A DNA stretch of 64,000 bases from contig CM059432.1 of assembly GCA_030390025.1 (NCBI GenBank), positions 123,444,001-123,508,000 on the forward strand. The letters are read 5' to 3'. Every line of letters begins with the position of its first letter. Within the stretch, counting starts at the first letter, position 1. Below the pieces are notes generated by a model. The model saw only the letters and a list, made by a program, of their open reading frames with translations. It was not told the origin of the DNA and did no database searches. A program made the position numbers and the translations under genes. This document shows positions 52,286 through 64,000 of the stretch, piece by piece. The DNA is from Squalus acanthias. Lineage: Eukaryota.

Positions 52286-53751
52286 TGTAAAGGAATGAGC
52301 CATATTTCAGAAAAATACACCATCCTATGAACAGAATTCTGACATTATTAAAATATGACAAACTGGGGTTAAAAATCTAAAAGCCTCAATGACACAAGCT
52401 GTAAACAGAAATACAGGCTTCTGAGATAAGATGAAGTGTTAACATAAAGCTGTAAACACCATACAAGCTTTTGAAATGGGAAATGGTTATTGACACAGAG
52501 ACAATAGCCCTATTGAAGAAGCAAAGGCTTGCTTCCAAGGAGTCTGCAGTTTGGAACCAACACAATAGCTATACCTAGTTTAAAGTGTTAAAAGCAAACA
52601 CTTCGAACAGGAACACAGAACATTAAAAAACCATGTGCCTTTGTAAAAGTAACATCAAATGAAACAGGAAACATAATTATATATACAACCAATTGAAGTA
52701 GCTAAGAAATGCATGGAACACCCTGGTTGAAGTGGTTTTGATTTACATATTGTAAATATGATACCTGCAGAACACTTTGAAGATATAATATCAATAGATG
52801 TACCAAGCAATCACATTGTGTTTGTATTGAACTTGGAACAGTTAGTAGACATGTCGTCTGCTTATACCAGTTAAGGGGATATTAAGAATTCAATAGGAGA
52901 CCTCGTAAGAATGGCATCAAATAGATAAATCTGTTAAACCATATTTGATGATAAGTTATGCAACACCTATACAGCAGACAGGATTCTGAGAGTTAGCAGC
53001 TGAACTAACAGTAAGAATAGAAAGAAGTCAACAGAAAGACTGACTAGAGATAATTAGCTTTCATCAGCAGAAAACTTCAAAGGAGATACCACTGCAAAAA
53101 GCGTATAAGATATGGGATTTTCAAATGGGAAAACAGAAATCGCTGGAAAGGGCAGGTGATTCTCAGCTTCAGAGGTAGGCTCTGTAAGTTTTTAACTCTG
53201 AGTCTTGAGGATCAAACAGTACTTTAATTGATTTTGGTGGATATTCTGGATTAAGAATAAGACTTAGAAATGTAAAAATGTAACAAAGTTAAGATTTGAG
53301 AATAAGGATCTCTGAGAATAGAATTGTAAGCTATTTGTATTTTGAACTGTTAAAGTTGCGATTGACTCATCAGCTGTTAACTAAATGTCGGTTCCTTAAT
53401 AAATCTATATATTTTTAGAATTATCTCACAGTGTATTTCTGTATCAACCTCATGAACTCAAATCTCTGTACACTCTTTTGTGAGGAGTTGCAGAATTCTG
53501 GGGGGGTTTCCGGACCCTCATAATATCCGGAAGGTTACAGGCTAGTTAAACTTATTAAAAGTGCTATCTGGAGGATGGTAATATCTTCAAGTCGTTTCTT
53601 TCCTTTAGGGAGAGATAGTCGGGACCTTTAGACCCAATTAAGCATCTTATAGGATTCGGTTATCTCTAACTTTAGTTGAAGGGGAACGTCTGGGGAATAC
53701 GCCTGATCTGGGGTAGCCTGAGCAGGGCTAGGACTTGTAATTATTCCTTCA
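52286..53751 (+). mobile_element. Solo LTR (1466 bp), ERV/Gypsy-type
   Basis: TGTAAAGGAAT...ATTCCTTCA termini; 4-bp TSD GTTG at 52282-52285 and 53752-53755; TATA-like GTATAAGA at ~53103 and AATAAA at 53398-53403. Confidence 0.78.
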
Positions 53752-54689
53752 GTTGATGTGGAACGAATAACTGAACAGAGATGAAAACTCGAGTTACATC
53801 CATGTTGTGTTTGAAAGCCAATATTGCCAAAGGGTCTGTGCTTTACAAAAGGGTGCTACAAAGTAATTTCATGCTCCAATCATTGATATTCTGTGCTTGT
53901 TTACAAATTTCAAAGTCTTTTAATCCTGCACTTCCTATTATTTTATGCCCTCTTTGCCTTGTAGCCCTGTGGCCAACAGCAGCCCCAACAAGGCAGCAAA
54001 GCAAACGAGGCAGTGCTGCTGCCGCTGGATGCACGGAGATCCACCTAAATAACATGTGCTTTTGCTGTGGCCTCTGGAGGCAGCAGTGCCCCTAACAGCC
54101 AATATAAAATTCCCTTGAAGAAGAGGCCATGCTTTTTTTCTTGAACATGAGGATGCTGTGTGTTCAACCTCCTGTAGCATCCAGTAACACGACATCTGGA
54201 TTGATGGTCTGTACAGACCTTCCCAGCCTTTGAGAAAGGCCTGACACCTGGAAATTAAATTGTGATTTTCAATCTTGCACATGCATAGTCCTTTGTCTAT
54301 TCCTTCAGTGCTGTGGAATTCATCGCGCTATATAAACAATGACGGGTTCCACAGTACCACAAGCCTAGGGTATTAAAGAACCATTTCTCATTCAAATGTT
54401 CTGTAATATAAAGAAGGTATTAGTGGTTTCCTCTGATAACACTGGATGTTACTTCAGTGGACCTTCTTTTAAGCTTGCAATAGCTTGTAAGACAAGTAAG
54501 AAAAGTGAAAGTCAAGAATAACAGTGCCTCCAATTCTGCACCAATTCCAGTATGTTATGGGATTCCTGGGCTGGGTACGGTAGTGCAGTGCTTATGTTAC
54601 TCCAATAGTAATCCAGAATTTAAGACTAATAATCCAGAGAAAGTGAGTTCAATTCCCACCATGTCAGCTTGAGAATTTGAGGTTAAGAA

Positions 54690-56890
54690 ATAAGGAAGGC
54701 TAAAAGGGAGTATGAGGAAAAAGAAATGCATGAACATTAAAGATTTTTACAGGTACACCAGTAAAAAGAGAATCATTAAAAGCAAGAGGAGAGCATTGGC
54801 AATTTGTAGACGATCATAAAACGGCAGAGGTATTTAACAACTACTTTGCATCGTCTTTACCAAAAAGGATATTGGAGATGTGGTGAATCCTGAAGTGGCT
54901 GAGAGCAAGCTGAGCGATATTATGATGGACAGAAAGAATATTTCAGATAAGTTAATTAAGCTGAAGGAAGGAGAAACACTAGGATCTGATGGGATACACC
55001 CTAGGATCCTAAGGGAGGTAAGAGAGGAAATTGTCCAAGCCCATGAAATTATATTTCAGGGATCTATTCAGTCTGGATGTGTGCGGAGGACTGAAGAGTG
55101 GTCAGTGCAGTACTAAAAAAGGAGGCAGAGCTAATCTGGGTAATTACAGGCCAGTTAATTTAACACATGTGGTAGGAAAATATTACAGTCTTTAATTAAG
55201 AATGAAATTAACATGTCTCTAGATAAAGAGAAAAAGAAGTCACCAGCATGGATTTCAAAAGGGGTGTTTGTGCTTGACAAACTTCATAGAATTCTCTGAG
55301 GAGGTAAAAGCTATGGTGGATGGGGGAAATGCAGTGAATGTGGTGTATCTGGGCCGTGATTTTGCTGGCCTCGGCGGGTCCGTGGTGGGCGACGTCGGTG
55401 GCAGGTCCCGGCCCCCTGCTGGCTCCATCCCAGAATGATTTTCCCCTGATTAGTCTTGTTAAGCCCGCCCAGCGAGTTTCCCGGCCAATTAGAGCAAGCT
55501 GGTCTGGTGACATCATTCATTCCTTAAAGGGATCATGGTCAACTTTCTTTTGACATTTGTGCTGTCAGTGTTCTACAGCATTGAGGTGCTGCAAACACTG
55601 ACAAGCACTGCACAGAGGTCCAGGGCTGCATCCAGGCTTTCCCAGGACTCCCTCCATATGCTTATGGAGGGAGTCACAGCATGCAGGGAGGTTCTCTTCC
55701 CTTCCCATGGGTGGAAGAGACATCCCCAGGAGATCAACACAGCCTGGTTGCACATTGCAGAGGAGGGCACAAGCAGGGATGTGGTCAAGAGGACCTGGGT
55801 GCAGTGCCGCAAATGTTTCAATGATCTCAGTAGATCAGGAAACGTTAGTACAAAGCCACATTCAACCTCATCCTGCTGTGCCTCTCATCACATCCCCATC
55901 ACTCTGCCTTCCTAACCCTACTCCTGCACATCCTTACTCACACCAACTTACCGAGCTGTCAAATGCAGAAGCTGAGCTGAAATTCATTAAGTGGCTCTAA
56001 ACAAGCCAATAATTACCTGAATTGGGTCTCCCGCTGTGAACCCGCTGCTGTGTGTCGGGTCTGCTCAGCGCTGACAGACCCGACATCGGGGAAAGGTGCA
56101 TGACAGCGGGTTCACAGCGGGGTCCGACTCGCTGGGGAAAAAAACACTTTCCCAACCGACCCGCCACCGATCGCGCCCGCTGACCCCCAGGAAAATCAAG
56201 CCCTAGGCCTTTAAGAAAGCAAGGTACCAGACAGGGGATTACTAGAGAAGTTTTAGGGATATGGAGCTAAAGGGATGATAGCAAACTGGATTAAAAAATG
56301 GTTCGGAGGAAGAAAACAGAGAGCAGCAGTTCAGGGAAGTTTTTCCAGAGTGGCTGAAAGTGGGTAGCAGTGTCCCACCGGGATCAGTTCTGGGGCCACT
56401 TCTGTTCATCATTTATTTGGGTATAGGCCTGGAAGGAGTGGTATCAAAATCTGCAGATGATGCCAAAATGGGTAATTCTTAGCATAGCTAATACTTTAGA
56501 AGACCAATGCAGATTATGGGGTGATATGATTGAAGTGTTTAAAATGAAAGGATAGGACAGGGTAGATAGAAGCAGACTATTTGCAGTAGTTAAGGGGTCT
56601 AGAATGAAGGATCTTAGATACACTATTAAATGTAAGAGATTTAGAATAGAGAGCAAGAGAAACTTCTTTACATGGAGATTGGTGAGGCTGTGGAATTCGC
56701 TTCCAGGGTTAGCGCTTGAGGCAGAAACATTGACGATTAGTTTGGCTAGGTGGATGAAGGAACAGGGGTAAAACAATATTGGAACACAGTGGTAATTGTG
56801 ATTAGGACTATTGCTTGCGAGGAGAGGAAGCACCGACATGGACTGGCTGGCCGAATGGGCTGTTCCCATCTTGTAACTCCTGTACATTTC
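54690..56890 (+). mobile_element. Old, degenerate CR1 LINE interrupted by a Harbinger derivative
   Basis: GSDGIHPRILREV, NYRPVNLTHVVGK, VPPGSVLGPLLF; many stops and deletions. Confidence 0.8.
55351..56203 (+). mobile_element. Internally deleted Harbinger retaining Myb-like exon 1 (~55600-55843)
   Basis: TIR GGGCCGTGATTTT ... AAAATCAAGCCC; RAASRLSQDSLHMLMEGV..REVLFP..TAWLHIA..RTWVQCRKCFNDL; subterminal sequence resembles 37190-37290. TSD not clear. Confidence 0.85.
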
Positions 56891-57262
56891 TAGGGGGTAT
56901 GTAGTGGGTCAATGAGAAATTAACATAGTTGTTTAGAAATTTGAATCATTACATTTTAGTGAATAGGTTGTTTTTATAAAAAGAGATTCAGTAATTTTGA
57001 CATAGTCCTTTATGATTGGTGGAATTTTAGTCAATGAAATTTGAGCCAATCGGCATGCTGCCTCTGAAATTTAAGCCAATCAGCGTGCAATGGTGATAAG
57101 TGTTCTTTGAATGGTTGCTCTTTAGTGGATATAAAATTTGAGCCAATCAGCATGCTCCATGAAACCGGCATAATCAGTATGCATTGTTTCCTGAGGACAG
57201 ACAGACACATTGCTTCCTCATGCCCGATGGACACGTCACACCACAGACATGTGGCAGATGCT

Positions 57263-57979
57263 GGCCCAGAGTTTGCTGGGAAAATAACGGCGCGTTCACG
57301 GTGCATACAATTAATAGTGCGTAAAAAACCCAGCAATTTGTGGCGAGGAAGAGATACACAGTGAATTGCAAATCATCCAAAATTGCTGGATGATTTGCCA
57401 TGCAGGAGCTCGGCGTCAATCTCTTCACGAGTGTCAAGAAATTGGTGGATTTTGTGACGTAAATACAAATTAAACTCGCTGCAGAAAGTTAGGGTTACTA
57501 TTTCATGGAGTAAGGACCCTGTTAATGGGGTGATTTATGGTCCTGACATGAAACTTAACCTTGGAGGCCCAGAAAGGGAACAATTGAGACCATGGAGTCT
57601 CACTCCTACAGGTAGTAAATTGTTCCTGGAGATTTTTAATGTTAACTGTTAAATTTTGGAAAAAAATGCTTACTTTTCCTTTCTGTCTCTCTTTTCTCTC
57701 TGTCTTAATCCAGCCTTTCTTTCCCTCTCTTTATTTCTCTTTCTGCATCTAATTTGACTCTAATTCACACTATTTCCTTCTCTGTCATTCGCTATGTTTC
57801 TTTCTCTATCCTAAAATTTCATTGGTTAAGGAGATAGACCATTGGGTGTGACATTCACAAGGCTCCAGATACCCCGTTGACCTCGCTGCGCCATTATCAT
57901 CTCACACTTCCAACTGTGGAAAAAAAATCCATCTCACTGCGCTCGCCACGAGATGCCCCACTTCAGAAAATTCTGCGCC
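57263..57979. mobile_element. Probable MITE (Harbinger-like termini)
   Basis: GGCCCAGAGTTT ... AAAATTCTGCGCC; flanks GCT/ACT. Confidence 0.5.
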
Positions 57980-59579
57980 ACTAAGCCTTTAGGGGTAAAT
58001 ATTCTGCTGCACCGCTCCTAATGTTAATGGGCGCAAATTTACAAGCTGGGTTTGCGCAACTCTGTACTTTGCGCATTGTGTAAGTTGATAGATGCTGCTG
58101 GTAATGTTATAGACTTGGAGGTTTTGGAACCCTCTCTTTGTATGAAGCTTCAGCATCACTGAAACCTCATAAAACAGACTACTTAGTCCACTGTCAAACT
58201 ATTATAATACCAGTCTTCCTCAAACTTGTCATAACATCCATGTCTGTCAGATTTACTTCATGGAAATTGTCTTTGGCATGAAGGGTCTATCACTATTTAG
58301 TCACCATTATAAATCATGATGTGAGTGCCAGCTAATTAGGTTACAGTTGTTGGCAGGGGCAAATGTATTTCTTATTCAGAAACTAAGTTGGCATTCACAA
58401 TGCATATCCACCAGCTGTCAGCTCGAGCTGCAATTTGAACTGGGCCTCACAATTCCAATCTATTGCACTTTTTTTTTTAAAGAGACATTGCAGATAGTAA
58501 GGAAGTGGTAAATAACACTGATATTACAGCAATTGTCTATTGTCAAAGACAAGACAGGATTCTAAATTATCCAGGATTATAAATGCCGAGGGGAGAGTTG
58601 CGAGAGTTGAGATGACATCATAAATCACGGAGAACAGCCTGGTTTATGACCATGAAGAGGCCTCAGATTGAATCACAGCCGTCAACACCCTCCTCAGCAT
58701 CTGTTATTTCATATAAAATCTGGCTTATAAAAAGAAAAGAATATAATCATTATATATGAAGCTCTGAAGAGCTGTGCAGTGCTGCGGAATTCATCAGCTG
58801 TTTTATGACATTTAAACTGGATGCCGATTGACGTCAAATGTGTATAATTACCACTGTGTTATTGTAACTGGAAAACAATGTAGATGCATAATTCATTAAA
58901 GGACATAATCACTTTGCAACTTGCAGCAGGCCTCAACATGGGTAGCTAGCGATTCTGCTCAAAATAGGAGAGAGGAGGGAGCCTGATAGAAATATTTAAA
59001 TCGGGATTCTATGTCGGTTGTAGTTGCCCAATGCCATTTTCTTGTAGCAATGGATGGAGTATGTGCCGCGCATGCTTTTCCCAATGCTGCTCGGGGTTGA
59101 GCAGCCTAACCAGTGGTCCTTAAAGGGACCGCTGCAGGCTACGCACAAACAGGTAAGTGTCAGGTGTACAAGTGATTTTTGTGGGATCAGGAGGAACATT
59201 AATGCTCCTCCTAGTCCCTTAAAAAAATAATCCACCCCATGATGTCTGACCCTCCATGACCCTTCCCTGGGCTTGCCTACCCACCTGCACCAGCTGAGCT
59301 CCACGCTGGAGGAACCAGATTTACGGCACTCTCCAAATGGCCAGTGGCTCCAAATGCACCTCTTGCTGTGGCCATCGAGTGGGCACGGCAGAGGTCCATC
59401 CCCTTCGGGCTTGTTTTGGGAAAAAAATTGAAAATCACCCGCCCAGCACTATAGTCCCCATGAGGCCAACATCATTTCCTATAGACAAGGGAATAGGAAT
59501 CCCCCAGTGGGAGAACTGGGTAGCTCAGTGGCTTTTCACCTGTGGGACCTGGGTTCAAATCCAGCCAGAATGATGGCAT

Positions 59580-59988
59580 GTAAGGTTTAGGGAAGGAGTT
59601 CCAGAGCTTAGGGCCTAGGCAGCTGAAGGCACGGCCCCCAATGGTTGAGCGATTATAGTCAGGGATGCTCAACAGGGCAGAATTAGAGGAGCACAGATAT
59701 CTCGGGGAGTTGTGGGGCTGAAGGAGATTACAGAGATAGGGAGGGGCGAGGCCATGGAGGGATTTGAAAACAAGGATGAGAATTTTAAAATCGAGGCGTT
59801 GCTTAACCGAGAGCCAATGTAGGTCAGCAAGCACAGGGGTGATGGATGAACGGGACTTGGTGCGAGTTAGGATATGGGCAGCCGAGTTTTGGATTACCTC
59901 AAGTTTACGTAGGGTGGAATGTCGGGGGCTGGCCAGGAGTGCGTTGGAATAGTCAAGTCTAGAGGTAACAAAGGCATGGATGAGGATC
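59580..59988 (-). mobile_element. L2 LINE fragment
   Basis: ORF 59472-59990: IHAFVTSRLDYSNALL...LHWL...GGRAFSCLGPKLWNS. Confidence 0.88.
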
Positions 59989-60312
59989 ACAAAGTAACAA
60001 TGGGAAGTATGTAATTAGCTCACAGGTTTCCTGCAGCATGACATCATGGATTAGCTTAGAGCGACCATGTGTTCTATTGATTGATAACACACAAGGTAGA
60101 ATTCAAAACAACTTGCAAATCAAATCAATGAAAAAGAAAATGATGATAAACTATGAGCCAAATGGGGAGAAATGAAGGGTAATTTTGACTTTGAGCGATA
60201 GTATAAAACGGCCAATAGCCTATTTTACATCTCTCCCAATTTTCATTTCTATTGACTTCAATATAGGGTAGACATAGAGAAGATGTTTCTTCTTGTGGGG
60301 GTGACCAAAACT

Positions 60313-62365
60313 AGAAAAGCATGCCAGGAGCAGCACCAGGCATAGCTAAAAATGTGGTGCCAACCTGGGGAAGATGCAACACAGGACTAAATGCATGCTA
60401 AAAAGCGGAAGCAGCATGCTATAGACAGGGCTAACCGATCCCACAATCAACGGATCAGATCAAAGCTCTGCAGTCCTGCCACATCCAGTAGTGAATGGTG
60501 GTGGACCATTAAACAACTAACGGGAGGAGGAGGCTCCAAGAATATCCCCATCCTCAATGATGGTGGAGCCCAGCACGTGAGTGCAAAAGACAAGGCTGAA
60601 GCGTTTGCAACCAACTTCAGCCAGAAGTGCCGAGTGGATGATCCATATCGGCCTACTCCCGAGGTCCCCACCATCACAGAAGCCATTCTTCAGCCAATTC
60701 GATTCACTCCACGTGATATCAAGAAATGGCTGAGCGCATTGGATACAGCAAAGGCTATGGGCCCCGACAACATCCCAGCTATCGTACTGAAGACTTGTGC
60801 TCCAGAACTAGCCGCGCCTCTAGCCAAGCTGTTCCAGTACAGCTACAACACTGGCATCTATCCGACAATGTGGAAAACTGCCCAGGTATGTCCTGTCCAC
60901 AAAAAGCAGGACAACTCCAACCCGGCCAATTACCGGCCCATCAGTCTACTCTCAATCATCAGCAAAGTGATGGAAGGTGTCATCGACAGTGCTATCAAGC
61001 AGCACTTACTCACCAATAACCTGCTCACTGATGCCCAGTTTGGGTTCCGCCAAGACCACTCGGCTCTCGACCTCATTACAGCCTTGGTCCAAACATGGAC
61101 AAAGGAGCTGAATTCCAGAGGTGAGGTGAGAGTGACTGCCCTTGACATCAAGGCAGCATTTGACCGAGTCTGGCATCAAGGAGCCCTAGTAAAACTGAAG
61201 TCAATGGGAATCAGGGGGCAAACGCTCCACTGGCTGGAGTCATACCTAGCACAAAGGAAGATGGTTGTGGTGGTTGAAGGTCAATCATCACAGCCCCAGG
61301 ACATCGCTGCAGGAGTTCCTCAGGGCAGTGTCCTAGGCCCAACCATCTTCAGCTGCTTCATCAATGACCTTCCCTCCCACATAAGGTCAGAAATGGGGAT
61401 GTTCGCTGATGACTGCACAGTGTTCAGTGCCATTCGCAACTCCACAGATAATGAAGCAGTCCATGCCCACATGCAACAGGACCCGGACGACGTTCAGGCT
61501 TGGGCTGATAAGTGGCAGGTAACATTCGCGCCATAGAAGTGCCAGGCAATGACTATCTCCAACAAGCGAGAGTCTAACTACCTCCCCTTGATATTCAATG
61601 GCATTACCATTGCCGAATCCCCCACTATCAACATCCTGGGGGTCACCATTAACCAGAAACTTAACTGGACCAGCCACATAAATACTGTGGCAACAAGAGC
61701 AGGTCAGAGGCTAGGTATTCTGTGGCGAATGTCTCATCTCCTAACTCCCCAAAGCCTTTCCACCATCTACAAGGCACAAGTAAGGAGTGTGATGGAATAC
61801 TCTCCACTTGCCTGGATGTGTGCAGCTCCAACAACACTCAAGAAGCTTGACACCATCCAGGACAAAGCAGCCTGCTTGATTGGCACCCCATCCACCACCT
61901 TAAACATTCACTCCCTCCACCACCGGCGTACCGTGGCTGCAGTGTGTACCATCTACAAGATGCACTGCAGCAACTCGCCAAGGCTTCTTCAGCAGCACCT
62001 CCCAAATTCGCGACCTCTTCCACCTAGAAGGACAAGGGCAGCAGGCGCACGGGAACACCATCACCTCCAAGTTCCCCTCCAAGTCACACACCATCTTGAC
62101 TTAGAAATATATCACCGTTCCTCCATCGTCACTGGGTCAAAATCCTGGAACTTTCTCCCTAACAGCACTGTGGGAGTGCCTTCACCACACGGACTGCAGA
62201 GGTTCAAGAAGGCAGCTCACCACCACCTTCGCAAGGGCAATTAGGGATGGGCAATAAATAGATTCATAGAATGGTTACAGCACAGAAGGAGGCCATTCAG
62301 CCCGTCAAGCCTGCGCCAGTAGGCCTTGCCAGCGACGCCCACATCCCATGAACGAATAAAAAAAA
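60313..62365 (+). mobile_element. 5'-truncated non-LTR retrotransposon (CR1/L2-group family distinct from the other CR1s), RT nearly intact
   Basis: ORF 60391-61536 (KAMGPD, NYRPISLL, QFGFR, LDIKAAFDRVWH, GVPQGSVLGP, FADD) continues in frame past a TAG into 61549-62244; A-rich tail; a short CR1-tail fragment is inserted at ~62260-62318. Confidence 0.92.
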
Positions 62366-62714
62366 GCATAGATGCATTTAAGGGGAAGCTAGATAAATAC
62401 ATGAGGGAGAAAGGAATAGAAGGATATGCTGATAGGGTGAGATGAAGATGGGTGGGAGGAGGCTCATGTGGAACATAAACACTGGCATAAACCAGTTGGA
62501 CCGAATGGCCTGTTTCTGTGCTGTACATGCTATGTAATTCTATGTAAGATATCTAACGGGCGGCTGAATCGATATCTCCTGTTTTTCACTATTGTCCAAA
62601 GTCTTTACCCCCATTAAGTGAAGTGATTAGATCTGGCTGATAAAACATTCAAATATTCCAATGCTTAGGACCGCCACATGTCCATCTGATAATGTAAGGC
62701 TAAAGGTTTTTAGT

Positions 62715-62998
62715 CTTGAATATCTCTTAATGTCTCTCAATGTCTCTTAATGTCTCCTGCTTTCTATCCTATCACTGACCTTCCCTTTTGTTCTTTCATC
62801 CCCTCCCCCTTTTCCCAGCCCCTAAACTTGCTTTAAAATCTATTCCATTTCCTGCTTTTTTCCAGTTCTGACGAAAGGTCTTCGACCTGACACGTTAACT
62901 CTGTTTCTCTCTCCACGGATGCTGCCTGGCCTGCTGAGTTTTTCCAGCGTTTTCTGTTGTTATTTCGGATTTCCAGCATCCGCAGTATTTTGCTATTG
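62715..62998 (+). mobile_element. Solo Penelope terminal repeat with mutated hammerhead (62864-62900)
   Basis: 14-bp TSD TAAAGGTTTTTAGT at 62701-62714 and 62999-63012; AGTT-CTGACGA-A-AGGTC-TTC-GACCT-GACA-CGTT-AACT. Confidence 0.85.
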
Positions 62999-64000
62999 TA
63001 AAGGTTTTTAGTACTGGCAATATTCACCTGGTGGTCCCAAACTGTTGTTATGAGACTTCACTGCAAAGCTTCACGATCACGGCTAAAGAAGAAAAGCTAA
63101 TAATCATGACTTCTACCCGCACAAAATAATTACCTGTAATTTCTCAATATAATATAAAAGATTTGAACCAACAATAAAAACGACATACTTGAGCACAGCT
63201 TTATAGATGCTGGCGGCTTTCCAATACCTCACCCCAGATTGAACCACAGCAGTGTAAGCAAAGCCAATATTCAGCCCAATGTGTGAAACATCAATTAGGC
63301 ATAAATGGTTTATAGAATTTCAACTATAGCCCTGCATTCCCCTTTCTCAAAAAGCTTAGTAAAAAGAAAACCTATGGAAAGGATGAAAAAAGTCCCTCAG
63401 ATCAGTTAAACCTGCAAATTCAGGCAATGGTGAAACCTTATACGCCATTTACCCACCTACTAACCAGACTAAGAAACAGAGAAAAAAATCTGTCATCAAT
63501 TCAGTAAGAACTCTGTGAAATTCCTCTCTAACTCCCTCGCAAGCGAGGCTCCAAGCGACTGTGGTAGCCCACGACTCGTCGTAACCCCAGTTAACTAGCA
63601 ACCTACCATCTATAACTGGAAATGCCCTCTTCCCTCAGGGGCTTGTCAAGTCCCCCTGTGGCAGCTCCTTACCCTCCACATGGTTTCAGCAGTTTGTTTC
63701 AGAGGGCGGTGACTCTCTGCAAAAGGAAATACTTGCTCGTATCTAATCTAACTGTTTGGCTGCAGATTTTATCTGCATGCCCTCTGGTCCTACCATTCCT
63801 ACCCACCTCAAGTAGCCCGAGTCATTTCATCAACCTCAACTGTACTGCCGCAAAGCCTATATTTCTCCAACGTAAGTGGACTACAATTGGTCTAGGTCCG
63901 TTTTTGGACCCGATGTAAGCGGTGCGCACCCAGCGTGACCCCGAAGCCGGAGGCCTCGGGCCTCAATTAGCCAACCTGCCGTCCAGAGGCAGCTTTCCCG

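Overview
Eukaryotic, repeat-dominated genomic DNA, most likely from a cartilaginous fish (inferred from shark-type CR1 LINEs with octamer tails, a tRNA-headed Deu-domain SINE, Penelope-like elements and intron-containing Harbinger transposons). No host protein-coding gene could be identified; the window looks intronic or intergenic, and nearly every long ORF is transposon-derived. Main structures: (1) one Penelope-like retroelement (11245-22061, 12-bp TSD) inflated from ~2 kb to ~10.8 kb by four CR1 insertions, a mini-Penelope and a MITE nested in one of the CR1s; (2) several minimal hammerhead-ribozyme motifs in Penelope terminal repeats, one inside a perfect 90-bp-arm hairpin insertion; (3) a ~5.2-kb Harbinger region with one HARBI1-like transposase and two spliced Myb/SANT-like genes; (4) two solo LTRs with 4-bp TSDs; (5) an old deleted hAT element; (6) many Harbinger-type MITEs; (7) a G-rich 31-bp minisatellite; (8) a few unique AT-rich blocks that may be conserved non-coding elements. 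Boundaries were read by eye and may be off by a few bases.
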